Assembly: GCA_016866235.1 (NCBI GenBank)
Contig: VGMW01000001.1
Span: 611,731 to 675,730 of the forward strand
Direction: 5' to 3'
Origin: Bacteroidota bacterium
Lineage (GTDB): Bacteria > Bacteroidota > Bacteroidia > Cytophagales > Cyclobacteriaceae
DNA length: 64,000 nucleotides
A program made the translations under genes and the position numbers. The first letter of the stretch is position 1. Every line of letters begins with the position of its first letter. Below, in pieces: positions 48,281 through 57,780 of the stretch. A model generated the notes under the pieces. It saw only the letters and a program-made list of their open reading frames with translations, was not told where the DNA came from and made no database searches.

Positions 48281-50767
48281 TCAGCTTCCGCCGTGTTGTT
48301 CCCTTAGACTGGTTAAGAGTTGGTCCAGCGCCATTTCATCCTTAATCAATACCTCCCTGGCTTTAGAGCCCTCAAAGGCCCCAACAATACCAGCTGCTTC
48401 CAATTGGTCAATAAGCCTTCCAGCGCGGTTATAGCCTAATTTTAGCTTGCGCTGGATGAGGGAGGTACTTCCTTGCTGATGTGCTACAATGAGCCTGGCG
48501 GCATCTTCAAACAAGGCGTCCCTGTCGGACAGGTCTACAGCATCTGCGCCACTCTCCTCATCTTCATATTCCGGCAACATATAGGCTGTTTCATAACCTC
48601 TTTGAGATCCGATGTATTCGCAAACCTTTTCAACCTCCGGTGTATCTACGAATGGGCATTGAAGTCGGATGATATCGGAGCCTCCTGAAAGCAGCATATC
48701 TCCCATGCCAATAAGCTGGTCGGCTCCGCCGGTATCAAGAATCGTTCTTGAGTCGACCTTAGACGTTACCCTGAAGGAAAGACGTGCAGGGAAATTTGCT
48801 TTAATCACTCCGGTAATCACATTCACCGAAGGTCGCTGGGTGGCCACAACCAGGTGGATACCAATGGCCCGGGCCAGCTGTGCCAGTCTGGCAATTGGCG
48901 TTTCAACTTCCTTACCTGCTGTCATCATCAGGTCAGCGAGCTCATCAATTACCAGTACTATGTAGGGAAGGAACCGGTGGCCCTCCTTTGGATTAAGTTT
49001 GCGCTCGACAAACTTGGCGTTGTATTCTTTTAAATTTTTAGCCCCCGCGTCCTTGAGGATTTCATACCTGTTTTCCATTTCAATACAGAGGGAATTCAGG
49101 GTGTGTACAACTTTCCTGGTGTCGGTAATAATGGCTTCTTCACTGTTGGGCAGTTTGGCGAGATAGTGGCGCTCAATTTTACTGAAGAGCGACATTTCCA
49201 CTTTCTTAGGATCAACCAAAACAAATTTCAATTGGGAAGGATGCCGTTTGTATAAAAGAGAAGTCAGGATAACATTCAAACCAACGGACTTACCCTGCCC
49301 AGTTGCTCCAGCGACCAACAGGTGAGGCATTTTCGCCAGGTCAATAACCAGAACTTCATTGCTGATGGTCTTTCCCAAGGCAACCGGTAGTTCCTTATCG
49401 GATTTTTGGAAGGACTGAGTGGCTAAAACAGATCTGATGCTGACCATCTCACGGTTTTTGTTGGGAACCTCAATACCAATGGTTCCTTTTCCGGGGATAG
49501 GCGCAATAATCCGAATGCCAAGGGCTGAAAGACTCAGTGCAATATCATCCTCCAGGCTTTTGATTCTTGAAATTTTTATGCCTGCCTCAGGCACAATTTC
49601 ATATAAGGTAACAGTGGGGCCGATGGTTGCCTTAATACTCTGAATTCCGATTTTAAAATTGTTGAGTGTAGAATTGATGCGCTCCTTGTTTTGAATCAAC
49701 TCCTCCTGGGTAACCTGGACTTTGCCTTGCTCATACTCGTTAAGCAATTCAAGCGGTGGGAATTTGAAGGAGCCTAAATCGAGCGTTGGATCGTAGAGTC
49801 CTTGTTCATTGACGAGTTTTTCTGATAATACTTCAGTTTCTGTTTTAGGCTCTTCGATGGTGAATACCGGCTCTTTTTCAGACGATGGATTGGTGACAGG
49901 TACCGGTTCGGGTGTGTCGGTGAGCAGAATGGGTTCAAGCGGAAAATCTTCAGCGGTTACCGTAGAGTTTTCTGCTGGATTTTCCTGTTGTTTTTTCCAG
50001 TTGTCCCTGTCGTCGTTGTACCCAGTATCTCCGGAGTTGTCATTTGCTAATCCGGTCGGATCTAAGGTCTCGTTAGCGGGTGCTTTGGCCGGGAACCAAT
50101 CGATGACTGTTATGTTGAAGTAGTAAATGACGAAGACAAACAGGGTAAGAACAAGAAAGAGAAAAGTGCCCATACCGAGCAGGCCATCCGCCAATCTCGC
50201 CAGTTCAAATCCCAAGCCGCCAGAGTACAGCCCTATTTCGGTGTAGCCCGAAACGGAGTGGGTGATGTAGCCAAGAAGCAGTGTTAACCAGAGCCCTGCA
50301 AAAACTGAAAAATGGAATACCCTGAAAGTAGGTAGCAGTTCCCGTTTAAAGGTTCGATTGAATCCGACAACAAATAAAATGGGAGGAATAAAGAAAGCTG
50401 ATACGCCCAGCCACTTAAAAATCAGGTAATAAGCTGCCAGCGCGCCCCATAAACCAGCCCAGTTGGATGTCTCAGCACCTGAATCAAGGAGTCCGGTGGT
50501 GCCCATAGAAACCACCACCGATTGATCAGCCTTTCCTGTAAAGAGGTAGGAGAGAAACGACAGGAACAAAAACAGGGATAGACTTAGTAGAAAAAAGCCA
50601 AAGGCAAGTACAAATCGGGGATCCTTTAGAAAAGCAAGGTTCCAGTTGGACTTTGATTTCTTCTTTCTCTTTTCCCTATCCTTTTCCCTGTCCTTTTCCC
50701 TATCCTTTTCCTTGGTTTCCTTTTCAGTATCCTTGGTGGGATTGATCCTGTAGGTATTTTCTGCCAT
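48281..50767 (-). CDS. ftsK: DNA translocase FtsK
   Basis: 828 aa. Charged N-tail, 4-5 TM segments, P/T/E-rich linker, motor domain (Walker A GATGQGKS), C-terminal gamma winged helix (QRKLKLGYNRAGRLIDQLE). Confidence 0.93.
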   Translation of the reverse strand: MAENTYRINPTKDTEKETKEKDREKDREKDREKRKKKSKSNWNLAFLKDPRFVLAFGFFLLSLSLFLFLSFLSYLFTGKADQSVVVSMGTTGLLDSGAETSNWAGLWGALAAYYLIFKWLGVSAFFIPPILFVVGFNRTFKRELLPTFRVFHFSVFAGLWLTLLLGYITHSVSGYTEIGLYSGGLGFELARLADGLLGMGTFLFLVLTLFVFVIYYFNITVIDWFPAKAPANETLDPTGLANDNSGDTGYNDDRDNWKKQQENPAENSTVTAEDFPLEPILLTDTPEPVPVTNPSSEKEPVFTIEEPKTETEVLSEKLVNEQGLYDPTLDLGSFKFPPLELLNEYEQGKVQVTQEELIQNKERINSTLNNFKIGIQSIKATIGPTVTLYEIVPEAGIKISRIKSLEDDIALSLSALGIRIIAPIPGKGTIGIEVPNKNREMVSIRSVLATQSFQKSDKELPVALGKTISNEVLVIDLAKMPHLLVAGATGQGKSVGLNVILTSLLYKRHPSQLKFVLVDPKKVEMSLFSKIERHYLAKLPNSEEAIITDTRKVVHTLNSLCIEMENRYEILKDAGAKNLKEYNAKFVERKLNPKEGHRFLPYIVLVIDELADLMMTAGKEVETPIARLAQLARAIGIHLVVATQRPSVNVITGVIKANFPARLSFRVTSKVDSRTILDTGGADQLIGMGDMLLSGGSDIIRLQCPFVDTPEVEKVCEYIGSQRGYETAYMLPEYEDEESGADAVDLSDRDALFEDAARLIVAHQQGSTSLIQRKLKLGYNRAGRLIDQLEAAGIVGAFEGSKAREVLIKDEMALDQLLTSLREQHGGS
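50674..50709 (-). repeat. 12-nt tandem repeat x3 inside the ftsK 5' end
   Basis: CCCTATCCTTTT / CCCTGTCCTTTT / CCCTATCCTTTT on the plus strand. It encodes (KDRE)x3 in the FtsK N-terminal tail. Confidence 0.9.
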
Positions 50768-50780
50768 CTCGAAATGATGA

Positions 50781-50788
50781 CAAATCTA
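50781..50788 (-). promoter_or_regulatory. -7 promoter element (TAGATTTG) for ftsK
   Basis: Perfect TAnnTTTG on the minus strand, 14 nt upstream of ATG 50767. Confidence 0.5.
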
Positions 50789-50822
50789 AGGAATATTCGC
50801 GGTTGCGAGGCTCTTTTTGACC

Positions 50823-51848
50823 TTAATGCAGTTTGCTCAGAATTCTTTTTACAATGCCAGGTCCCTCGTAGATGAAACCAGTGTAAAGTTGAATCAGATT
50901 GGCGCCGGCATTGAGTTTTTCTACAGCATCCTGAGGAGTCATTATACCTCCGACACCAATGATTGGAAAATCAGGTCCCAGTTTTTCTCTAAGTATTCGA
51001 ATGATTTCGGTTGATCGGTTAGAAAGTGGTTTCCCGCTCAATCCACCAACGCCAATTTTAGCTACATCGTTCTGCTGAGTCCTAAGTCCATCCCTGGAAA
51101 TGGTGGTATTGGTTGCAATAACCCCGTCGAGATTGGTCTCTTTCAAAATCGTAATGACGTCCATTAACTGGTGTTGATTAAGGTCTGGTGCAATCTTGAG
51201 TAGAATAGGTTTTTTCCAGTTGGATTTTTCCGAATATTCTTTGAGTGAAAGCAAAAGATTTTTCAAAGGTTCTTTTACCTGAAGTTCGCGCAAGCCGGGT
51301 GTGTTTGGGGAGCTTACATTGACAACGAAATAATCCACCACATCGGCCAGGGCCAGCATACATTTTTTATAATCCTCCACCGCCAGTTCATTAGGGGTAT
51401 CCTTGTTTTTGCCGATGTTACCTCCAATGATGATGTGGCTCGACCTTTTCTTTAGTCTTGCTGCAGCAGCTTCGGCTCCCTGATTGTTGAAGCCCATCCG
51501 GTTAATGAGAGCGCTATCTTTTGGTAGACGAAATAATCTTGGTTTAGGATTTCCTGGTTGTGGTTTGGGGGTCACCGTTCCTATTTCAATGAAACCAAAT
51601 CCAAATTGCTGAAGTTCATCGACCAGTAAGGCATCTTTATCAAAACCCGCTGCGAGACCAACTGGATTAGAAAATTTTAATCCAAAAATGGTTCTTTCAA
51701 ACCTTGGATTGACACGTTTAAAAATTTTCCCAGCAATCCATGCAGCGAGAGGAATTCGAAGTGCAAGGCGTATGGTTGAAAAGGTGAAGTGATGAACAGA
51801 TTCCGGATCGAAGAGAAAAAGAAATGGACGGATAAATTTCCGGTACAT
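50823..51848 (-). CDS. pyrD: dihydroorotate dehydrogenase (quinone), class 2
   Basis: 341 aa. Membrane-association N-terminal extension, catalytic Ser in [16 protein letters not shown] motif. The ATG overlaps the upstream stop (TGATG). Confidence 0.93.
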   Translation of the reverse strand: MYRKFIRPFLFLFDPESVHHFTFSTIRLALRIPLAAWIAGKIFKRVNPRFERTIFGLKFSNPVGLAAGFDKDALLVDELQQFGFGFIEIGTVTPKPQPGNPKPRLFRLPKDSALINRMGFNNQGAEAAAARLKKRSSHIIIGGNIGKNKDTPNELAVEDYKKCMLALADVVDYFVVNVSSPNTPGLRELQVKEPLKNLLLSLKEYSEKSNWKKPILLKIAPDLNQHQLMDVITILKETNLDGVIATNTTISRDGLRTQQNDVAKIGVGGLSGKPLSNRSTEIIRILREKLGPDFPIIGVGGIMTPQDAVEKLNAGANLIQLYTGFIYEGPGIVKRILSKLH

Positions 51849-52372
51849 CAGGGCTTTTTGTTTTTGCGTGTTACACCAAATTTCTTGAAGCCTTTAACCA
51901 CTACCTGTTCAACCGAGTTTCTTGGATTGGCTTGGTTGGTGTCTACATTGCTGTTGATTCTCCAAATCAACTGATTGTTCCTGGTGTCATTCAAATCAAT
52001 GACCAAACTGCCTTCTGTATAGGATACTGTTTGATTTTGTGCGGTCTGACCAGGGCCTACACCCAAAGGTCCAAGCTGTTGAATTTCAGAGTGCCGGAAG
52101 CTTCCCGCCATATAGGTTACCATGAGCTGACCATTTTCTTCGTCCCGGCTCATGCCTTTTTCCTTTAATTCACGCTCAACGGTTTCACGGATGATTTTAT
52201 CAAGCGACGCGTCACTTATTTTTTTTGAATTTCTGGTTGTAACGATTTCGCTGTCTCCAAACTTGAAGGTTTTATAAATGGAGAAGTCGGTGTTTTTTGG
52301 GCCTTCGGTACGAACCTCCTGACCAAAGGTTGTTAGGGTGTACGCCAGGCTGATAAAAAGGAGATAACGCAT
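51848..52372 (-). CDS. DUF4136-like secreted or lipoprotein-type protein
   Basis: 174 aa. Signal peptide. [18 protein letters not shown] resembles the DUF4136 core motif. Confidence 0.55.
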   Translation of the reverse strand: MRYLLFISLAYTLTTFGQEVRTEGPKNTDFSIYKTFKFGDSEIVTTRNSKKISDASLDKIIRETVERELKEKGMSRDEENGQLMVTYMAGSFRHSEIQQLGPLGVGPGQTAQNQTVSYTEGSLVIDLNDTRNNQLIWRINSNVDTNQANPRNSVEQVVVKGFKKFGVTRKNKKP

Positions 52373-52376
52373 TCCA

Positions 52377-52384
52377 CAAAGTTA
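52377..52384 (-). promoter_or_regulatory. -7-type motif (TAACTTTG) abutting the DUF4136 start codon
   Basis: Perfect TAnnTTTG on the minus strand. Its G lies 5 nt before the A of ATG 52372. Confidence 0.25.
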
Positions 52385-52490
52385 CTAAATAATCGATCCG
52401 TGTAATGATTTTCCTACCCACCGGCATACGGATCGAGTTGGAGCTGAATTTAACAAATCCACTTTGGTATTACTGATGGGTTACTGTGGT

Positions 52491-52498
52491 TACATTTG
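52491..52498 (+). promoter_or_regulatory. -7 promoter element (TACATTTG) for plsC
   Basis: Perfect TAnnTTTG, 16 nt upstream of the TTG start at 52514. Confidence 0.5.
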
Positions 52499-52513
52499 TG
52501 AAATTTTAAGACC

Positions 52514-53257
52514 TTGAAAATTCTTCAGTACGGCTATGTGGTATGGGCGCTGCTCGTATTCGTTGTTTTCATGTTATTGTTTCTTCCCTTTTTCCTTTTA
52601 CCTCCCTTGTTTGGTCAGGGTGGATTAAGGATTACTTATTTTTTTCTAAGGCTGTGGTCCTGGATTTTCAGTAAGCTCAATTTTATTCCTTATGCCATAG
52701 AGGGCAGGGAAAATTTGACAGCCTCAAAGTCCTTTATTGTGGTGAGCAACCATACCTCTTTTCTCGACTTGCCGGGCATTTGCCTGGCGCTCCCGGGGCA
52801 ATTCAGGCCTTTAGCTAAAACCGAACTCAAAAAAATTCCTGTCTTTGGATGGATTGCCAGTACTGCTACCATCATGGTTGATCGTTCGAATCCTAAAAGT
52901 CGCCGTAAGAGTATGAATGACTTGCTGGAAACGTTAGCGCGGGGAATTTCTGTTCTGATTTTTGCTGAGGGTACACAGAATCGTACTTCAGCGATGCTTC
53001 AGCCATTTAAAGATGGTGCATTTAAGTTGGCTATAGATACTGGTGCGTCAATATTGCCGGTGGTTATTTCAGGTGCCGGAAGGTTAATGCCGCCTGGAAG
53101 ATTCTTCATTAAGCCGGGAAAAATTCATATACGGATCGGGGCCCCCATTGCCATTGATGCTCAACTGGCAAGAATCGATGCACTTAAACAAGAAACTTTT
53201 AACAAAATGTCTGCAATGCTTTTGCAGCTACAGAACCCTCCATTGGCGGCTGTCTGA
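52514..53257 (+). CDS. plsC: 1-acyl-sn-glycerol-3-phosphate acyltransferase
   Basis: 247 aa. N-terminal TM segment, HX4D motif (SNHTSFLD), FAEGT motif. The TTG start is the only in-frame start before the TM segment. Confidence 0.85.
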   Translation: MKILQYGYVVWALLVFVVFMLLFLPFFLLPPLFGQGGLRITYFFLRLWSWIFSKLNFIPYAIEGRENLTASKSFIVVSNHTSFLDLPGICLALPGQFRPLAKTELKKIPVFGWIASTATIMVDRSNPKSRRKSMNDLLETLARGISVLIFAEGTQNRTSAMLQPFKDGAFKLAIDTGASILPVVISGAGRLMPPGRFFIKPGKIHIRIGAPIAIDAQLARIDALKQETFNKMSAMLLQLQNPPLAAV

Positions 53258-53273
53258 AATCAAACCAATTGTT

Positions 53274-53624
53274 ATGCCTTTCATTGACTATTCAAAGAAA
53301 AATACCGTTAAAATTTGGGATGGTATCCACGGTCAACTTCACCACACTCAACAGCTTACGTGCGGAAGGATATACCTGAAAGCTGGTGTGGAGCTTCCGG
53401 AACACCACCATGTTCATGAGCAATGGACCCATGTATTGGAAGGGGAACTTGAATTTAGGATAGGTGAGGAGGTCGCTGTACTGAAGGCAGGAATGTGCGC
53501 CTGCATTCCTTCTAACATCCCTCATTCGGGCAGAGCACTGACCGACTGTGTGGCACTAGATGTTTTTTCACCGTACAGGGAGGACTTTGTGGCAAAAGAA
53601 AAAGAACAATTTCCCGGTGCCTGA
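53274..53624 (+). CDS. cupin-domain protein
   Basis: 116 aa from ATG 53274; the track ORF extends upstream into plsC. Cupin motifs GVELPEHHHVHEQWTHVLEGE and IPSNIPHSG. Confidence 0.7.
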   Translation: MPFIDYSKKNTVKIWDGIHGQLHHTQQLTCGRIYLKAGVELPEHHHVHEQWTHVLEGELEFRIGEEVAVLKAGMCACIPSNIPHSGRALTDCVALDVFSPYREDFVAKEKEQFPGA

Positions 53625-54299
53625 TTAGCAGGGCACATAGATGACCTTCTTGGTTTCGAAGAATGGTAAGTCGAAATATTTATTGAGCTCAAATTCCTGA
53701 TAGGGTCTTTTCAGTTCGGCCATTTCCTGGTCAAGATCGCCGCCTTTCAGATAGAGAATTCCATTTTCTAATGAATTGGTTTTTCCAGGGGAAATTTTTT
53801 GATGTATCCAGCCATAGAACTCTTTCATTCTGGTCACCGCCCTGCTCACAACAAAATCAAATTTTCCGTTCACCCGCTCGGCCCGAATACATTCAGCGGT
53901 TACATTTTTAAGGTTCAATTCGTCCACTATTCCTTGTACAACCGTAATTTTTTTACCTACGGAGTCGACCAAGTGAAAAATGGTATCTGGAAATAAAATG
54001 GCCAGAGGTATACCTGGAAATCCTCCGCCAGTCCCAACATCCAAAACTCTTGTTCCGGGTTTAAAGGTGATAATCTTCGCTATTCCAAGGCTATGAAGGA
54101 TGTGGTTGGTGTAAAGATTTTCAGTATCCTTTCGGGAAATGACATTTATTTTTTCATTCCACTGTAAATAGAGATTTCCCAGCGCATGGAATTGCTCCAG
54201 TTGTTTCTCGCTCAGGTTGGGAAAATAGTGATGGATAAGTCCGACGCCTTCCAATGGTACTCGCTTAAATGTGGTCTTTTCTGTTTTTGACCAGGTCAT
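53625..54299 (-). CDS. rsmG: 16S rRNA (guanine527-N7) methyltransferase
   Basis: SAM motif VLDVGTGGGFPGIPLAI. ATG 54299 overlaps the sigma-factor gene by 35 nt. An in-frame TTG at 54254 (LEGVGLIHHYFPNL) would remove the overlap, so the start is uncertain. Confidence 0.88.
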   Translation of the reverse strand: MTWSKTEKTTFKRVPLEGVGLIHHYFPNLSEKQLEQFHALGNLYLQWNEKINVISRKDTENLYTNHILHSLGIAKIITFKPGTRVLDVGTGGGFPGIPLAILFPDTIFHLVDSVGKKITVVQGIVDELNLKNVTAECIRAERVNGKFDFVVSRAVTRMKEFYGWIHQKISPGKTNSLENGILYLKGGDLDQEMAELKRPYQEFELNKYFDLPFFETKKVIYVPC

Positions 54300-54873
54300 A
54301 CATCAGTTCCCTGGCACGATGGAGTTGCGCTTTGACCGTCCCAAGTGGCGCATCAATTTCAACAGCAATTTCTTCATAAGATAATTCCTGGAAGTAGCGG
54401 AGTCTGACCAGCTTTTGGTATTTGGCTGGCAACATTGCCACCACTGCTCTAACCACCTCTTCCTTTTGAGCTTTAATGGCTTCGTCCTGAGGATTGGGAT
54501 TTCTATCAGGGATGCTGATGGAAACGGATTGCCCATCTTCATCGGTATAGGCACTTTCAATACTCAGGGTATTAAGTTTCTTTTTACGTATGAAGTCGAT
54601 GGAATTGTTCGTCGCAATGCGAAAGAGCCAGGTACTGAACGTAAAATCTTTTTTGAATCGGTGGAGACTTCTGAATGCTTTACCAAATGCTTCGATGGTT
54701 AAATCCTCTGCATCATCAACGTTGCGTACCATTTTGAGGATGGTGTGGTATACTGGCCTCCGATAGCGCTGCAACAATAATGCATAAGCCTTCTCATCCC
54801 CTCCAACGGCACGATCCACCAATTTGAAATCCTCCAGTGCCTTTGAGGAAAATCGTTCGTTCATTTCTTCCAT
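54265..54873 (-). CDS. ECF-type sigma-70-family RNA polymerase sigma factor
   Basis: About 200 aa. Region 2 (DAEDLTIEAF, FSTWLFRIATNNSIDFIRK) and region 4 (LRYFQELSYEEIAVEIDAPLGTVKAQLHRARE). The start is ATG 54873 or ATG 54864; the latter forms ATGA with the upstream stop. Confidence 0.88.
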   Translation of the reverse strand: MEEMNERFSSKALEDFKLVDRAVGGDEKAYALLLQRYRRPVYHTILKMVRNVDDAEDLTIEAFGKAFRSLHRFKKDFTFSTWLFRIATNNSIDFIRKKKLNTLSIESAYTDEDGQSVSISIPDRNPNPQDEAIKAQKEEVVRAVVAMLPAKYQKLVRLRYFQELSYEEIAVEIDAPLGTVKAQLHRARELMYDLVKNRKDHI

Positions 54874-55973
54874 GACACTTTCTTGGTGAATTGGGCGACA
54901 GGGGCCAGGGCAAGATAATAAATCGAAAATAGAAGATCCATGAAGGCCAGTTCACCCCAAGATTGCCGAATCTTCGATGATTTGGATAGCTCAAAAAAGG
55001 TTAGATAAAGCCATAACAAACTCAATGCGAAAACACCGATAATCCACAACTTTAGTGAAGTCAAAAGCCCTGCAATTATTGAGGGCACCAAAAGGGCGGT
55101 TGATATATAATATGGTGCAAGCAAAATTCTGTGTTTCGCCTTATAAAATTTTCCAACGGATAAATGTCGGACCTTCTGATTAAAAAAGGACGTCCATGAT
55201 TTTTTACAAATACTGAATACCACACTATCTGGAGCGGCCGTGAAAACAGTATTTTCATTTGTAGCATGTTCGTTAACAAACAAATCATCGTCGCCACCCA
55301 TCGTCCTTATGTGCTGATTGAATCCTTTGTTATCGAGGAATAAACTTTTTTTATAAGCAAGATTTCTACCTACACCCATATACGGATTACCGGCAAGAGC
55401 AAAAGCGCCGTAAGTCACTCCAGTGAGCATAGACTCGAACCGAATGAATCCATTCAATAGACCGTTTGTTTTTGCATAGGGGGACAGTCCAACGACAATT
55501 TGTGTTTTTTCCCCAAAGCAATTCATCATGGAAGTGATCCATGATTTGGTCGCTGGACGACAGTCTGCATCTGTGAGCAAAACGGTTTCGAATTGCGCCG
55601 CTTTAATGCCAAGAGTCAGGGCATATTTTTTGCCAGGTATATGATCTGGTTTGGTTTTAATTCTCACCGTCCGAACCTTGCTATGGGCTGCAGTTTCCTT
55701 CAGCAGAAAATCATACGTGCCGTCATTACAACGGTCCTCCACTATAATGATTTCGAATGTAGGATAGTCTTGTTCCAGAAGTGCTGGTAATAATTCCTTA
55801 AGATTTTTTTCCTCATCGTGGGCGCAGACGATAACTGAAACTCCCTGGTGGTTTGGGGTTGATGGTGGAAATGTGCTGTTAACTTTTTTCCAATTGATAA
55901 AGAAGAAAAACCTATAGATCACCTGAACGGAACAGATAATCAGGGCAATTACGGGTATCCAAAGGTCCATCAT
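54861..55973 (-). CDS. family-2 glycosyltransferase, membrane-bound
   Basis: 370 aa. N-terminal TM segment, GT-A motifs VSVIVCAHDEEKNL and TDADC, C-terminal TM segments. Confidence 0.85.
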   Translation of the reverse strand: MMDLWIPVIALIICSVQVIYRFFFFINWKKVNSTFPPSTPNHQGVSVIVCAHDEEKNLKELLPALLEQDYPTFEIIIVEDRCNDGTYDFLLKETAAHSKVRTVRIKTKPDHIPGKKYALTLGIKAAQFETVLLTDADCRPATKSWITSMMNCFGEKTQIVVGLSPYAKTNGLLNGFIRFESMLTGVTYGAFALAGNPYMGVGRNLAYKKSLFLDNKGFNQHIRTMGGDDDLFVNEHATNENTVFTAAPDSVVFSICKKSWTSFFNQKVRHLSVGKFYKAKHRILLAPYYISTALLVPSIIAGLLTSLKLWIIGVFALSLLWLYLTFFELSKSSKIRQSWGELAFMDLLFSIYYLALAPVAQFTKKVSWKK

Positions 55974-55974
55974 A

Positions 55975-56010
55975 CATTAAAAAAGCCGGCAAAGGGTATT
56001 ACCGGCTTTT
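55975..56010 (-). terminator. weak intrinsic terminator after the five-gene cluster
   Basis: The minus strand reads AAAAGCCGG-(12 nt)-CCGGC followed by TTTTTT. It starts 28 nt after the stop at 56039. Confidence 0.4.
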
Positions 56011-56038
56011 CTCTTCAAAAATAAATGATTATCGGCAA

Positions 56039-57253
56039 TCAGCCTTTTCCTGAAAGGATTTCCCTTAAACGTTTGGCCACAATTTTCTCTTCACCGGGAT
56101 TTAGCATCCAGGTAGTAATATCTACCGATTCATCCCCACCCATGGTTTCAATACTGGGATGACCTGTGAGCAATGCCTTGCGAACATCGGGTGGACTGAT
56201 GGTGACCTTTGTTTTATCCCATTTGATTCTGACCGATGGAACGTGGTTGGCAATCGCAGGAACATGATACACGGGAGTAACGCCGGGTACAGAGGCGGCT
56301 GCATCGGAAATGGTTTTCACCTGGCTTTCCCACATCGCCCATTCTTTCTGGAAGTCCTTTTTAAGGTAAACCTCTAAGGCGATGAGCATGCCCAGAATTT
56401 CTTCCTTATTCACCTTCATACCTCTTCCGACGGTGGCGCCATTGGGTGGTGCATTTTTTCTGGCTGCGGCAATCAGATCTTTTCTGCCCAGTAAAAGTCC
56501 TGCACTTTGTGGTCCTCGGATTCCCTTGCCCCCGGAAAAGCAAACCAGGTCAAATCCCATCTTGATGTATTTCCAAAGATTTTCAACCGGTGGTACATCA
56601 GCGGCGCAATCGTTGAAAGTGGGGATGTTGTATTGTTTGCCGATCTGCACAAATTCTTCATCCTTAATTTTCCCTTCAAGATTATTGGCGTTCAAAAACC
56701 ACAACATGGCAGTTTTTTCATTGATGGCTTTCTCAAGGTCTTTTCTGGTTTCAACCTCAATGATTTTGGCTCCACAATTCCTGATTGCATGGTCATAACC
56801 AACTCGATGCGACTTTTGAACGATTACCTCTGATTTCATGCCGCTAAGGTCAAGCGGAATTTTATCGGCTTTAACCGGATCGCCTCCTGTGATAACCCCT
56901 GCAGTGCCCAACGTAATTGCCGATGCGGCACCGGCGGTGACCATTGCGGCCTCACATCCAATCAATTCAGCGATCCTTTCACCAACCTTATCCTGGAGGT
57001 CTTCCAGTCGAACGAATTGCCCGGAAGCATAATTTATGGCTTTCAGGACATCAGGGTGCATGAGTGATGCGGTGAGCATCGTATAGGTGCCTGCTGCATT
57101 GATAAATGTCCTTACACCCAGCTCCTTGAAATAGTCTCGTGGAAAGTCTTCACTTCCGATTGGTGCGGAAGACAGGGGTAGGGCATCGGCTGCAAACGTT
57201 CCGGCAAGCGGAAGGGCGACCATGCCTTTCAATAAATTTCTTCGCTTATTCAT
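56039..57253 (-). CDS. SelA-fold PLP-dependent enzyme (SelA/DgaE-like) with a twin-arginine-type leader
   Basis: 404 aa from ATG 57253; the track start at 57322 would overlap the RidA gene. Leader MNKRRNLLKGMVALPLAGTFA. FSGGKGIRGPQSAGLLLG matches the SelA-family PLP-lysine motif. Confidence 0.75.
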   Translation of the reverse strand: MNKRRNLLKGMVALPLAGTFAADALPLSSAPIGSEDFPRDYFKELGVRTFINAAGTYTMLTASLMHPDVLKAINYASGQFVRLEDLQDKVGERIAELIGCEAAMVTAGAASAITLGTAGVITGGDPVKADKIPLDLSGMKSEVIVQKSHRVGYDHAIRNCGAKIIEVETRKDLEKAINEKTAMLWFLNANNLEGKIKDEEFVQIGKQYNIPTFNDCAADVPPVENLWKYIKMGFDLVCFSGGKGIRGPQSAGLLLGRKDLIAAARKNAPPNGATVGRGMKVNKEEILGMLIALEVYLKKDFQKEWAMWESQVKTISDAAASVPGVTPVYHVPAIANHVPSVRIKWDKTKVTISPPDVRKALLTGHPSIETMGGDESVDITTWMLNPGEEKIVAKRLREILSGKG

Positions 57254-57275
57254 TATGGTTGGGGTTAGGTTTGAT

Positions 57276-57755
57276 TCACTTTTTCTTTTTGCCGTCAACG
57301 TAGGCAATGCAGTCGATCTCAACCAGTGAATCGCCTGGAATACCTGCAGCTGCTGCGATGGTTGTTCTTACTGGGGGATTCGCTCCGAATCTTCCACGGA
57401 AAACTTCATTCATGGCCTGGTAATCCTTCAGGTCATTCAAATACACGTTTGCTTTAAGAACCTGGTTCATGGATGATCCAGCTTTTTCAAGCTCTTTCTG
57501 AATTTCATCCAACACATGCTTGGTATGGGCTTTGATGTCACCATCGAAGTGAGCGCCCTTTCCGGCAATAAATACGAGGTTTCCGAATGTCCTCGAACTT
57601 GAGAACAAAGGAATTTCCTGGTTGTGTATGACTTCACCCGTCGATACTTCCGGCATTACATCCTCTGCTGCGGCTGCTGCAGTTGCAGTAAGGCCAAACA
57701 ACCCTGCAATACCAGCTGCAAACTTTTTGAAGCTTGATCTTCTTTCCTGATTCAT
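57276..57755 (-). CDS. RidA/YjgF-family enamine/imine deaminase with an N-terminal export leader
   Basis: 159 aa. Leader MNQERRSSFKKFAAGIAGLFGLTATAAAAA, then the YjgF/RidA core (VKANVYLNDLKDYQAMNEVF, PVRTTIAAAAGIPGDSLVEIDCIA). Confidence 0.85.
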   Translation of the reverse strand: MNQERRSSFKKFAAGIAGLFGLTATAAAAAEDVMPEVSTGEVIHNQEIPLFSSSRTFGNLVFIAGKGAHFDGDIKAHTKHVLDEIQKELEKAGSSMNQVLKANVYLNDLKDYQAMNEVFRGRFGANPPVRTTIAAAAGIPGDSLVEIDCIAYVDGKKKK

Positions 57756-57780
57756 GTTATGTTGATTTAAAATGTTGATA

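Noticed and set aside
56039-57253. SelA-like gene as evidence for selenocysteine incorporation
   Set aside because: It has an export leader. It lacks the context of selB/selC/selD or any in-frame TGA gene in the window. It sits with RidA and an amidohydrolase. A non-tRNA (DgaE-like) function is far more likely.
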